DNA of 60,671 bases from Candidatus Shapirobacteria bacterium. Its GTDB lineage: Bacteria; Patescibacteriota; Microgenomatia; VGLL01. Shown here piece by piece: positions 9,114-18,073 of this stretch (position 1 is its first letter; each line of letters begins with the position of its first letter). The position numbers and the translations under genes were made by a program. The stretch spans positions 1-60,671 of the forward strand of contig VGLL01000001.1 of the NCBI GenBank assembly GCA_016866735.1, given 5' to 3'. The notes below the pieces were generated by a model. That model was not told the DNA's origin, did no database searches, and saw nothing but the letters and a program-made list of their open reading frames with translations.

Positions 9114-9989
9114 ATGGCTCAAAAAATTAGTCAAGAGGCAAGCTTAGCTTGTCAAGTGGGGAATACCAGAGAAGTTTTAGTCGAAGGAATAATTTTGAAG
9201 AGAGAGGACGAAAATCCCACCGGTTCAATTAAGGACAGGGGAATTTCTTATCAAATTGATCAAGCAGAGGAAAGAGGTTTGAGTGATTTGGTTCTTTCTT
9301 CTTCGGGAAATGCGGCCATCTCCGCGGCCTATTTTTGCAGGCGGGCAGGAATTAATCTATCTATATTTGTTTCCCCTAAAATAAGTAAAGTAAAGCTAAA
9401 GAGGATAAGGGGTTTGGGAATCACGGTTTTTCAAACTCCGCGGCCGATTAGCGGAGCGATAAGATTTGCCAAAGAGAACGGTTTTTTGAATTTGAGACCA
9501 TCCGCTGCCGCAGATGGGCCCGTTGGTTACCAATCTATTGCCGCGGAGATATTTGATAGGTGGGGGAAAATTGATTCGATTTTCTTACCTGTTTCCAGTG
9601 GCACAACCTTGGTGGGTGTCGCCGAAGGGTTTAAAAAACTAGGTTTTCTGCCGCAAATTCATGCCGTCCAAACTGCGGCTATTTGCCCCATTGCCGGTAA
9701 GTTTGACCAAGACTTCGTTCCCGTCAAGTCTAGTCTAACTTCCGCCTTAGTGGCCAAATTCTTGCCCAGAAAGAAACAGGTGTTAGAATTAATCAGAAAG
9801 TCAGGTGGCTGGGGGTGGGCAATTTCCGACGAAGAAATTACCCAAGCCGATGTTTGGCTCAAAGAGAGGGGAATAAGTACTTCCTTTGAGGGGACAGCGG
9901 CCCTGGCTGGAGTTTTTAAGGCAAGACGGAAGCATTGGTCTTTAGGAGAAAAGATTGTTTGCCTTTTAACTGGAAAGAAATATGATTAG
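9114..9989 (+). CDS. PLP-dependent fold-type II enzyme (threonine synthase-like)
   Basis: Motifs LKREDENPTGSIKDRG (PLP Lys), SSGNAA, PVSSGTTL and LLTG. Confidence 0.85.
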   Translation: MAQKISQEASLACQVGNTREVLVEGIILKREDENPTGSIKDRGISYQIDQAEERGLSDLVLSSSGNAAISAAYFCRRAGINLSIFVSPKISKVKLKRIRGLGITVFQTPRPISGAIRFAKENGFLNLRPSAAADGPVGYQSIAAEIFDRWGKIDSIFLPVSSGTTLVGVAEGFKKLGFLPQIHAVQTAAICPIAGKFDQDFVPVKSSLTSALVAKFLPRKKQVLELIRKSGGWGWAISDEEITQADVWLKERGISTSFEGTAALAGVFKARRKHWSLGEKIVCLLTGKKYD

Positions 9990-11301
9990 CGAACCCATAT
10001 TCTACTTAACTAATGATGTTAGCCACGGAATTGGCGTAGAAAAGTTACTGCCAAATTATCATATTATTTGCATTGACGATCACCCGTTAGTTACCTCTCT
10101 AATAGAGGCTGGGGTAAGGGTTTTGTGCCTCGAGAGACTTTTAAAAAGGAAAAATATAATCTTTCGGAGTAGCGGCAAGCTTTTAGAGCAGCCTGAAGTG
10201 GCAAACTATATAAAAGAAAATTCGGGTAGTAAGACGCCGAATATTCTTTATTTTAAACCCTCACCCAAAATTGACTCGCTTTGTCGAAAAAGGGGTTACC
10301 GGCGACTGGGCAACACGGCGTCATTGAATAGGATTTTTGAAGACAAAATTTCGTTTTACAAGATTTGCCACACCCTTGGGTTAGCTATTCCGCCGGGCCA
10401 AGTGGCTAACTTGGCTAAGGCAGACTTTCGAGATTTAAAAGAAAAGTATGGCCCAAAAGTAGTGATCCAATTTGGTCGGGGTTGGGCGGGATCAACCACT
10501 TTCTTTATTACCGATGCAGACCAGTTTAATAGACTAAAGTGCCGTTTCGGTAATTTGGAAGCGAAAATAACGAAATTTATAAACGGAAAAACTGTTCTTA
10601 ATAATTGTTGCGTCACTAGAAACGAGGTTTTAATAGGCCAGCCAGCGGAGCAGATACCAAGGATTTCGGATTTTACCGCCAAAGAAGGGGCAACCTGCGG
10701 CCGTATTTGGCCGGCGAGCCTTAATCGGGATCAAGTTTTACAGCTTGAAGAGATAACAAGGACCACTGGTGAATATATGCGCCAAAAAGGTTATTTGGGT
10801 TATTTTGGCCTTGATTTTCTTCTTTCCGAAGAGGGGGAAATCTATCTTTCCGAAAATAACGCTCGCTTTACCGCCTCCGCACCGTTTTACAGTAAGCTGG
10901 AGATAAAGAATGGGAGCTTGCCAATGGCGCTCTACCATATTTCGGTATTTCTCGGTGGTCCAGAAAATATGATAAAGTGGCAAAGAAAAGAGGTAACAGG
11001 GAGTGAAATCGTGGTTAGAAATAATCGTTCCTTGCCGATCACGATTAAGAAAGATTTTCAACCAGGGATATATAAGTTATGCAATTCCCTACCAAAGCCG
11101 GTGCGATCGGATTATGATGTTGGCGGCGCAAAGTCTGAGAGCGAGTTTTTCTTAACGGCAGCCGCTTACGGCAGAATCGTCAATCCCGAGATGGAGCTGG
11201 CCCGCCTAGACACTTTTGCATCCGTTAGAGAAAAAGATGGTAAACTTGCTGATTGGGCTATTAATTTGTTAAAACGTCTTAAAAAAGACCTAGCGGGCTG
11301 A
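9982..11301 (+). CDS. ATP-grasp domain protein (putative amide/peptide ligase)
   Basis: Motifs FEDKISF, Gly-rich GRGWAGSTT, KFING, GYFGLDFL and ENNARF. Overlaps the upstream PLP gene. Confidence 0.75.
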   Translation: MISEPIFYLTNDVSHGIGVEKLLPNYHIICIDDHPLVTSLIEAGVRVLCLERLLKRKNIIFRSSGKLLEQPEVANYIKENSGSKTPNILYFKPSPKIDSLCRKRGYRRLGNTASLNRIFEDKISFYKICHTLGLAIPPGQVANLAKADFRDLKEKYGPKVVIQFGRGWAGSTTFFITDADQFNRLKCRFGNLEAKITKFINGKTVLNNCCVTRNEVLIGQPAEQIPRISDFTAKEGATCGRIWPASLNRDQVLQLEEITRTTGEYMRQKGYLGYFGLDFLLSEEGEIYLSENNARFTASAPFYSKLEIKNGSLPMALYHISVFLGGPENMIKWQRKEVTGSEIVVRNNRSLPITIKKDFQPGIYKLCNSLPKPVRSDYDVGGAKSESEFFLTAAAYGRIVNPEMELARLDTFASVREKDGKLADWAINLLKRLKKDLAG

Positions 11302-11306
11302 TGTAG

Positions 11307-12398
11307 ATGGCTATTTTGAAATCGCAGAGAAAAAAAATCGACTGGCCGTTACTGGTTCTTTGTCTGGGAGTAGTTCTCTTCGGACTCTTAGCGATTCTTG
11401 ACGCCTCGGAGGCGATCGCCCTAAGGGACTTTGGCGACAGGTTCTATTTTTTCCGTCTCCAGGCGAGCTGGGCGGCGATAGGCTTTTTTTCCATGATTGT
11501 CTTAAGCAGGATAGATTATCATCTAGTAAGCAAGTTTTCATTTCCCCTACTTCTGGTGGCCACTCTTTTCCTGGTGGCCGTCCTATTGCCCGGAATTGGC
11601 GTTAAAGCTCTTGGCGCTCGGCGATGGCTAGGGCTTGGCCCTATTGGATTTCAGCCTGCCGATCTGGTTAAGCTTAGTCTCGTAATTTACCTTTCCTCGA
11701 TTCTTAGCAAAAGAAAAAGCCTGGCGATGGTTTTAATAATTCTTTTTCTTTTTGGTGGTTTGATAATGGCCCAGCCGGACCTAGGAACAACGGCGATCGT
11801 TTTTGGCATCGGCCTTAGCCTTTTTTTTGTTGCCGGAGGCTCTTTGTCGCATCTTTTTGTTCTGGGCGGCCTAGCAAGTTTTTTTGGCTTAATGATGATA
11901 TTAACCTCGACCTACCGCCGGTTCCGCCTGTTAACCTTTCTCGATCCGACAATTGACCCCCTGGGTATTTCCTATCATTCCCGCCAAATACTTTTGGCTC
12001 TTGGCTCGGGTGGGTTTTTTGGCTTGGGGCCAGGTCAGTCCAGGCAGAAACTTGAATACTTGCCAGAAGTGGCGACTGATTCGATATTCGCGGTGGTTGC
12101 CGAGGAGATGGGATTTTTGGGCGGGGCGATTTTGATATTGGCTCTTTTTCTAATCATTGCGCGGTTGTGGCGGGTTGCCAGCAATGCACCGGACGAGACA
12201 GGCAGGCTTTTGGTTGTGGGCGTGGCCTCTTGGGTGGCGATACAAACTATAGTTAATTTGGGGGCAATGACTGCCCTTTTTCCCCTCACTGGAGTGCCAT
12301 TGCCATTTGTTTCATATGGCGGTTCTTCTTTGGTCCTTCTTTTGAGCGGAGTTGGTATTGCCCTGAACGTTTCAGAAAAGAAAATTAAGCAAAAATGA
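11307..12398 (+). CDS. ftsW: SEDS family peptidoglycan polymerase FtsW
   Basis: Motifs GARRW, FQPA, QPDLGT, LPEVATDSIF and TGVPLPFVSYGGSS. Lies upstream of murG. Confidence 0.93.
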   Translation: MAILKSQRKKIDWPLLVLCLGVVLFGLLAILDASEAIALRDFGDRFYFFRLQASWAAIGFFSMIVLSRIDYHLVSKFSFPLLLVATLFLVAVLLPGIGVKALGARRWLGLGPIGFQPADLVKLSLVIYLSSILSKRKSLAMVLIILFLFGGLIMAQPDLGTTAIVFGIGLSLFFVAGGSLSHLFVLGGLASFFGLMMILTSTYRRFRLLTFLDPTIDPLGISYHSRQILLALGSGGFFGLGPGQSRQKLEYLPEVATDSIFAVVAEEMGFLGGAILILALFLIIARLWRVASNAPDETGRLLVVGVASWVAIQTIVNLGAMTALFPLTGVPLPFVSYGGSSLVLLLSGVGIALNVSEKKIKQK

Positions 12399-13579
12399 CG
12401 GACAAAACAATTGTCATCACCGGTGGCCATCTCACTCCTGCCCAGGCAGTCATGGAGGAGTTGCAAAAAGGAGACTGGCAAATTTACTATTTCGGGCGCG
12501 AGTTTTCTCTTGAGGGCAGTCGAATTCCTTCCGTGGAATCGCAAGTTGTTCCTCGAATGGGAGTGAGGTTTATTGGTTTCCCCGCCGGCCGGCTCCAGCG
12601 GCGGCTTACCAGAGAAACTATACCGGCACTTTTGCGCATTCCCGCCGGTTTTTTTAGTGCTTTTTCTAAGCTTTGGCAGCTAAGACCCAGAGTGATCCTT
12701 TCTTTCGGTGGATATGTTTCGGTGCCGGTAGTTCTGGCTGGCTGGTTGCTAAGAATTCCCATTTTGACTCACGAGCAAACAAGAGTGTTCGGTTTAGCCA
12801 GTAAAATCAACTCCTTTTTGTCCAAGAAAGTCTTGGTGTCGTATTCAGAAAGTATAAAATTTTTTTCAAAGAAAAAAGTCATTTTAACCGGCAATCCCTT
12901 AAGGGAGGAAATATTCAACTATCAGCTATCCCGCCAAAGGCCCGCTTCGCAGCGAGACGAGCGAGGCTCGCCAGGGGCGGCGACTATTAGCAATCAGCTA
13001 TCGAGAGAAAAGCTGCCACTAATTTATATTACTGGCGGCAATCAGGGAGGACAGGTTATTAATCGGGCAGTCGAAGAGATTCTGCCACAGCTTTTAATTA
13101 AATATCGCCTTGTCCATCAGGTAGGGGGGCTGGATTATGAAAAGTTCAAAGCTCACCAAGTCGGACTTGGACAAAGTTCAAAGCTCAAAACTCCTCTCGG
13201 GGAGCGATATTTTGTTACGTCATATGTTGAGGCAAAAGATATTGGGTGGGTTTTAAATAGCGCCAGCCTGGTGGTTTCTCGGGCGGGGGCAAACATTACG
13301 AGCGAGTTGGCGGCTCTTGGGAAACCAGCGATTTTAATTCCCATACCCTGGAGCTCTCAAAATGAACAGGAAGAGAATGCCAAAGCCTTAGTTGAAGCAG
13401 GGATAGCCGTTATCCTTGAAGAGGGGCAACTTAGTGGGAAAAAATTATTACGGGCGATTGAGATGATGATGACTAATCTCTCAAGATACGAAAATTGCGG
13501 TAAAAAGACTAAGGCCCTGGCCTTACTTGGCGCGGCGCCGCGAATCGTCGCCGAAATAGAAAAATGTCTAGAGAGATAA
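12395..13579 (+). CDS. murG: MurG glycosyltransferase (two in-frame repeat-derived insertions)
   Basis: Motifs TGGHLTPA, FGGYVS, HEQ, TGNPLR, TGGNQG, SRAGA and EQEENA. Confidence 0.93.
   Translation: MTDKTIVITGGHLTPAQAVMEELQKGDWQIYYFGREFSLEGSRIPSVESQVVPRMGVRFIGFPAGRLQRRLTRETIPALLRIPAGFFSAFSKLWQLRPRVILSFGGYVSVPVVLAGWLLRIPILTHEQTRVFGLASKINSFLSKKVLVSYSESIKFFSKKKVILTGNPLREEIFNYQLSRQRPASQRDERGSPGAATISNQLSREKLPLIYITGGNQGGQVINRAVEEILPQLLIKYRLVHQVGGLDYEKFKAHQVGLGQSSKLKTPLGERYFVTSYVEAKDIGWVLNSASLVVSRAGANITSELAALGKPAILIPIPWSSQNEQEENAKALVEAGIAVILEEGQLSGKKLLRAIEMMMTNLSRYENCGKKTKALALLGAAPRIVAEIEKCLER
12917..13002. repeat. Heptamer array (agctatc-like) interrupted by nested GC-rich palindrome, inside murG
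   Basis: aactatc agctatc [CCGCC...GGCGG] gactatt agcaatc agctatc. Confidence 0.65.
13141..13187. repeat. Palindrome flanked by 15-bp direct repeat, inside murG
   Basis: aaagttcaaagctca-CCAAGTC g GACTTGG-ac-aaagttcaaagctca. Confidence 0.7.
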
Positions 13580-13968
13580 AAAAAAGAAAGAGGATTTTAG
13601 TCGGCTTATGCTTCATCTTCCTAATATTGTCGTGTTTTATTCTTTCCCGAGCAAAGCAACTTAGCCTTTCTTTCAGGGAGGATAAACTGGCTGAACCAAT
13701 TCAAGAAAAGACTCAGGAGGAAAAGTTCTTGGAAAAAATAAGGTTGGGGCTAGCTGATCCGGAACTCACCCTCGTGGGTGAGCCCGAAATAACAGCAAGT
13801 AGTCTCGTGGCAACGTTTTCGGGAGGGCTAGTGGTAATATTTTCTACGAAACGCGAACCGCAAGCTCAGGCCGACTCTTTACAATTTATAATCACCCGGG
13901 CTAAAATAGAAGGCAGAAGTCCAAAGAGGATCGATTTAAGGTTTAACAAGCCAGTGGTGACTTTTTAA
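13564..13968 (+). CDS. Short bitopic membrane protein, FtsQ/DivIB-like
   Basis: Basic N-terminus plus one TM helix, C-terminal IDLRF..PVV motif, and position between murG and ftsA. Confidence 0.65.
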   Translation: MSREIKKRKRILVGLCFIFLILSCFILSRAKQLSLSFREDKLAEPIQEKTQEEKFLEKIRLGLADPELTLVGEPEITASSLVATFSGGLVVIFSTKREPQAQADSLQFIITRAKIEGRSPKRIDLRFNKPVVTF

Positions 13969-13970
13969 CT

Positions 13971-15293
13971 ATGGCCCATTCTAAAATTATTGCCGGAATC
14001 GACATAGGCTCTTCCAAGATTGCAACTATTATTGCTCAGGCTGGCCCCGACGAAGAACGGGTAAGTGTTATTGGGGCCGCCTCCGCCCCGTCGGCCGGGA
14101 TTCGGAAAGGACAGGTTATTGACATCGAGGGGGCCAGCTCAGCCATTATTGCTAGCGTGGAAGCTGCCGAGAGAATGGCTGGCTACTCGCTTAGTCGCAC
14201 TCTCGTTTCCGTGGGAGGGGCTCACATCAGTTCGCAAAATTCGCATGGGGTAGTAGCCGTTGCGGAGCCCGAAGGCGAGATTACTCCTAGCGATGTGGAG
14301 CGAGTTATCGAGGCGGCTCGGGCCGTTTCTCTCCCTTCCTCGAGAGAAATAGTTCACTGCATTCCTCGTCAGTTTACAGTGGATGGCCAAGAAGGAGTTT
14401 CTGATCCTCTCGGAATGAACGGCGTCAGATTAGAAGTCGAAACGCACATTGTTTCTGGTTCTGCCACAGCGATGCGTAATCTAGAGAAGTGTATCGCTGA
14501 AGTGGGGGCTGATATTGAAGGATTGGTTTTTTCCGGGCTGGCAGCGGCCGAAAGCGTGCTCACTCCTACGGAAAAGGAACTGGGAGTAATCCTGGTCGAT
14601 TTGGGAGGAGGGACCACCGATTTGGTCATTTTTGTTGAGGGATTTCCGGTCTACTCATCGGTTTTACCGATTGGGGCAAAAAACGTTACGAATGATTTAG
14701 CAATTGGCTTGCGTCTTTCTTTAGAGAGCGCCGAAAAATTAAAAGTTGCCTTATCGCAGAAGAGGAAAGAAGTCGTCTCTTTGCCAGACACAGAACAATC
14801 AGAAGAAAAAAAGGCAGAGTCTGCCAAGAAAGAAGACGAAATTGACCTGAACTCCTTGGGTATTTTTGAGGAGACGAGAACGGTTTCGCGAAGAACACTT
14901 ACAGAAGGAATAATTAAGCCGCGGTTGAATGAGATTTTTACGATGGTGGGATTAGAAATAAATAAAAGCGGCTTTGCCGGGATGACGCCTTCGGGAATTG
15001 TCATCTGCGGCGGCGGGGCAGAGACCGTAGGTTTGATAGAGGCCGCCAAGAGGACGCTTTCCCTACCGGCGAGAGTAGGTATCCCCGTCGGTTTTGCCGG
15101 ACTGGTTGACGATATTCTGGCGCCTGCGTACGCCGCCTCTTTGGGTCTTGTTGCCTATGGCATTAAGGGGGAAGAGAGGACCAGTCGTTTTCCCAGGCTT
15201 CCTTTGTCTTCAATTGGCGAGATCGGAAAGCACCTCCCCGTCAAGGGAGTCCTTGGCAAAATTGTCAACCTCGCCAAGTCTTTCCTCCCCTAA
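13971..15293 (+). CDS. ftsA: Cell division protein FtsA
   Basis: Motifs GIDIGSSKI, AERMAG, DLGGGTTD, VTNDLA, AEKLK and CGGGA. Confidence 0.97.
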   Translation: MAHSKIIAGIDIGSSKIATIIAQAGPDEERVSVIGAASAPSAGIRKGQVIDIEGASSAIIASVEAAERMAGYSLSRTLVSVGGAHISSQNSHGVVAVAEPEGEITPSDVERVIEAARAVSLPSSREIVHCIPRQFTVDGQEGVSDPLGMNGVRLEVETHIVSGSATAMRNLEKCIAEVGADIEGLVFSGLAAAESVLTPTEKELGVILVDLGGGTTDLVIFVEGFPVYSSVLPIGAKNVTNDLAIGLRLSLESAEKLKVALSQKRKEVVSLPDTEQSEEKKAESAKKEDEIDLNSLGIFEETRTVSRRTLTEGIIKPRLNEIFTMVGLEINKSGFAGMTPSGIVICGGGAETVGLIEAAKRTLSLPARVGIPVGFAGLVDDILAPAYAASLGLVAYGIKGEERTSRFPRLPLSSIGEIGKHLPVKGVLGKIVNLAKSFLP

Positions 15294-15295
15294 GG

Positions 15296-15366
15296 AGCGG
15301 GATAGCGGAATCGAACCGCCTTCTCCACCTTGGGAAGGTGGCATACTACCGGTGTACTAATCCCGC
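15296..15366 (-). tRNA. tRNA-Gly(CCC)
   Basis: Minus strand reads GCGGGAT...CCACC-TT CCC AA-GGTGG...GGTTCGATTCC...ATCCCGC-T, a full cloverleaf. Confidence 0.95.
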
Positions 15367-15377
15367 GATAACCGAGA

Positions 15378-15977
15378 TTATCTAACTAATTTTAGCACAT
15401 TTCCCGGATGGATTAGGTTGGGATTAGCGAGCTTATTGGCTTTGGCAATTTGTGACCATTTAAAGCCATCCTGATAGGCCCTAACGGCAATTTTCCAAAG
15501 ACTGTCTCCCTTAACCACGGTGTATTCCGTACCGCCTATCGGCTCGGCAGCTAGTAAGCCGCCCTTAGCTGTCTCTGTAGCCTGGACTACTGGCTGGCGA
15601 ACTTCTGCTTTAGGAATTCTCAGCTCCTGTCCTGCCAAAATTTTTTCCGGTCCTTTGAGGCCATTTTCCCGGGCGATGTCAACCCAATTATATCCCGAGC
15701 CATAAAACCTTAGGGCGATCTTCCAAAGACTATCACCCTTTTCGGTTTTATAGGTAATGGGCAATTCAGAGGAAACCGGCGATGGTGTGTTAGCAGGAGT
15801 AATGCTCGATGGCGTTTCTGGCCTTAGAAATGGTAAGCTCGGCCCCGTTATGCGGTTGATGCCGCGAAAATAGTTGAATAGCAAAAGACCGATTACAACA
15901 ACGACCAGAGTGCCCAAAACCACGCTTATGGCGCCCTCGGCTAACTTAAGACCCTTCAAAATATTTTTAATTGTCAT
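15378..15977 (-). CDS. Membrane-anchored protein with two LysM domains
   Basis: N-terminal TM helix and two copies of Y..xKGDSLWKIA.R.Y..G..W..IA..N.L..P..I..G..L. Confidence 0.92.
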   Translation of the reverse strand: MTIKNILKGLKLAEGAISVVLGTLVVVVIGLLLFNYFRGINRITGPSLPFLRPETPSSITPANTPSPVSSELPITYKTEKGDSLWKIALRFYGSGYNWVDIARENGLKGPEKILAGQELRIPKAEVRQPVVQATETAKGGLLAAEPIGGTEYTVVKGDSLWKIAVRAYQDGFKWSQIAKANKLANPNLIHPGNVLKLVR

Positions 15978-16044
15978 GATACCTGCCTTATTCACCCCCT
16001 TTCGGGCAGATTTTTTGGGCAGGTTTTGATAACCAAGTCAGAAT

Positions 16045-16206
16045 TGGCGGACCCGGCCGGACTCGAACCGGTGATCTCCCGCCCAAATTTGCGGGGCCGA
16101 CGAGACTTGAACTCGCGGCCTCTTCCGTGACAGGGAAGCGCTCTAGCCAACTGAGCTACGGCCCCAAATTTTTGGCGGGCTATGTTGACCGCTACACCAC
16201 GCGTCC
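16045..16206 (-). ncRNA. Outer tRNA-Asp-like gene whose anticodon loop is replaced by a complete tRNA
   Basis: The 5' half GGACGCG TG GTGT AGCGGTCA ACAT AG CCCGC lies at about 16206-16175. The 3' half GCGGG AGATC ACCGG TTCGAGT CCGGC CGGGTCC G CCA lies at about 16082-16045. Confidence 0.8.
16092..16165 (-). tRNA. tRNA-Asp(GTC) (inner)
   Basis: GGGGCCG TA GCTC AGTTGGCTA GAGC G CTTCC CT GTC AC GGAAG AGGCC GCGAG TTCAAGT CTCGT CGGCCCC G. This is an intact cloverleaf with no encoded CCA. Confidence 0.96.
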
Positions 16207-16216
16207 ACGCAACTTC

Positions 16217-16246
16217 ATACTATCACATGATTGAGGTTTTAGTCAA
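16217..16246 (-). promoter_or_regulatory. Sigma70-like promoter for the nested tRNA locus
   Basis: TTGACT-18 nt-TAGTAT with a TG extension, 10 nt upstream of the outer tRNA 5' end. Confidence 0.6.
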
Positions 16247-16267
16247 CCGGATGGTATCATTGCAAGT

Positions 16268-18070
16268 GTGACAAATAGGGAAATTGCAGAACTCTTACGA
16301 AGTATCGCAGCGGCCTATATAGTTAGAGGTGAAGATAGATTTCGAGTAATGGCATATCAGCGAGCGGCCGAGTCGGTTGATCACGCCACTAGCGAGGTTA
16401 AAGATTTATGGGATGACGGCAAGCTGAAAGAGCTAGCAGGCGTTGGTTCCGCGATTGCCTCGCATCTTGATGAGCTTTTCAAAACAGGGAGAGTAAAACA
16501 CTTCGATGAGGTTAAATCCGGATTGCCGCCAGCAATGTTTGCGCTTCTGGATATTCCCGGGATTGGCCCGAAGACTGCTTTTAGGCTCTGCCAAGAGCTT
16601 CAGCTAAAAGAAGAAAAAACCGCTATTTCCCAGCTAGAGAAAGCCGCCAGCGGCGGATTAATTAGAAAAATTGAGGGTTTTGGCAGTGAGTCGGAAAAAA
16701 GGATTCTAAGCGGCCTGAAAGCCCTTAAAAGGGGTCAAACCAAGGAGAAGAGGATGTTGCTGCCGTACGCTTTTGCGTTGGCGAAAGAGGTGATTGAGTA
16801 CCTTGCGGAATGCCCTGCCGTAATACGGGCTGACCCGCTGGGGTCGTTACGAAGAATGGTGGCGACCATAGGGGATATTGACATTGCCGCATCTACTAAA
16901 AATCCCAAGGACGTCATTCGCCATTTTATTAACTATTCTAAGATTAGGCGCGTTCTTAGCCGGGGAGAGGAAGCCCTAGCGAGAGTAATTTTACAAAGCG
17001 GCCGGCAAGTTGATCTGCGCTTGCAGCAACCAGAAGCATATGGGGCGATGCTTCAATATTTTACCGGAGGAAAAAGCCACAACATTGCCCTGCGCGAATA
17101 CGCGTTACAAAAAGGATTTTCTCTCTCCGAACACGGAATTAAAAACCTTAGAGATACAGACAAGAAAGTAAAAAAATATGCCGCGGAAGAAGATTTTTAT
17201 CGCGATTTGGGACTGAAGTGGATCCCTCCGGAGTTGCGGGAAAATATTGGCGAGATAGAGGCTGCCCTTCGCTCCGCCCAGGGTAAACCAGGCGGGCTTC
17301 CAGAACTTGTTAACTCCGGGGATATTAAAGGAGATCTGCACGTGCACTCAAATTTTCCGATAGAGACAAGTCACGATGAAGGGGAGAATTCCCCCGAGGA
17401 GATTCTGGCTAAGGCAAAAGATCTTGGTTACGAGTATCTTGGTTTTGCCGAGCACAACCCTTCGGTGAGCCAGCATAGTAAATATAAAATAATTGACATA
17501 TTAAAGCGTAAACAAGAAGTAATAGAACACTTAAAATACTCAAGAGTAAACAAAATATTCGTAAACCCAATTAATGGGCTTGAAATAGACATTAAGGCTG
17601 ATGGAACGTTAGCAGTTCCGGAAGAGGGGTTGGTTTTATTGGATTATGTTATTGCTTCAATACATTCAAGTTTTAATCTTAGCCGCGAGGAGATGACGGC
17701 ACGGGTATTGCGTGCGCTAGATCACCCGAAAGTGAGAATTTTTGGGCATCCTACAGGCAGAAAGATAAGTACCAGAGAGGGATATGAGCTTGACTGGGAA
17801 AAAATATTTGCATTTTGTAAGAGAAGGAATATCTGGTTGGAAATAAACGCCTGGCCAGATCGACTGGATTTACCAGATACGCTTGTGCGCGAAGCTGTGA
17901 AATATGGTGTGAAAATGATTATTTGCACCGATGCCCATGCCGTTAGTCACTTACCTTTAATCACTTATGGCGTGGCCGTTGCCAGAAGGGGTTGGGCGGA
18001 GAAGGAAGATATTATTAACGTTTTGGGGTATAATAAGTTTATGGAAATGATAAGGAAAGGGGGTGAATAG
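16268..18070 (+). CDS. polX: DNA polymerase X / PHP 3'-5' exonuclease
   Basis: HhH motif IPGIGPK, GSLRR...GDIDI, VDLR, QYFTG, and PHP motifs GDLHVHS, HPTGR, EINA and TDAH. Confidence 0.95.
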   Translation: MTNREIAELLRSIAAAYIVRGEDRFRVMAYQRAAESVDHATSEVKDLWDDGKLKELAGVGSAIASHLDELFKTGRVKHFDEVKSGLPPAMFALLDIPGIGPKTAFRLCQELQLKEEKTAISQLEKAASGGLIRKIEGFGSESEKRILSGLKALKRGQTKEKRMLLPYAFALAKEVIEYLAECPAVIRADPLGSLRRMVATIGDIDIAASTKNPKDVIRHFINYSKIRRVLSRGEEALARVILQSGRQVDLRLQQPEAYGAMLQYFTGGKSHNIALREYALQKGFSLSEHGIKNLRDTDKKVKKYAAEEDFYRDLGLKWIPPELRENIGEIEAALRSAQGKPGGLPELVNSGDIKGDLHVHSNFPIETSHDEGENSPEEILAKAKDLGYEYLGFAEHNPSVSQHSKYKIIDILKRKQEVIEHLKYSRVNKIFVNPINGLEIDIKADGTLAVPEEGLVLLDYVIASIHSSFNLSREEMTARVLRALDHPKVRIFGHPTGRKISTREGYELDWEKIFAFCKRRNIWLEINAWPDRLDLPDTLVREAVKYGVKMIICTDAHAVSHLPLITYGVAVARRGWAEKEDIINVLGYNKFMEMIRKGGE

Positions 18071-18073
18071 TAA

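Noticed and set aside
15094..15360. 88-aa ORF across the ftsA end
   Set aside because: It overlaps ftsA out of frame and runs antisense through tRNA-Gly.
16084..16173. Group I or BHB-type intron as the explanation for the nested tRNA
   Set aside because: The insert is too short for a group I core, consists almost entirely of the inner tRNA, and no splice restores a canonical anticodon loop.
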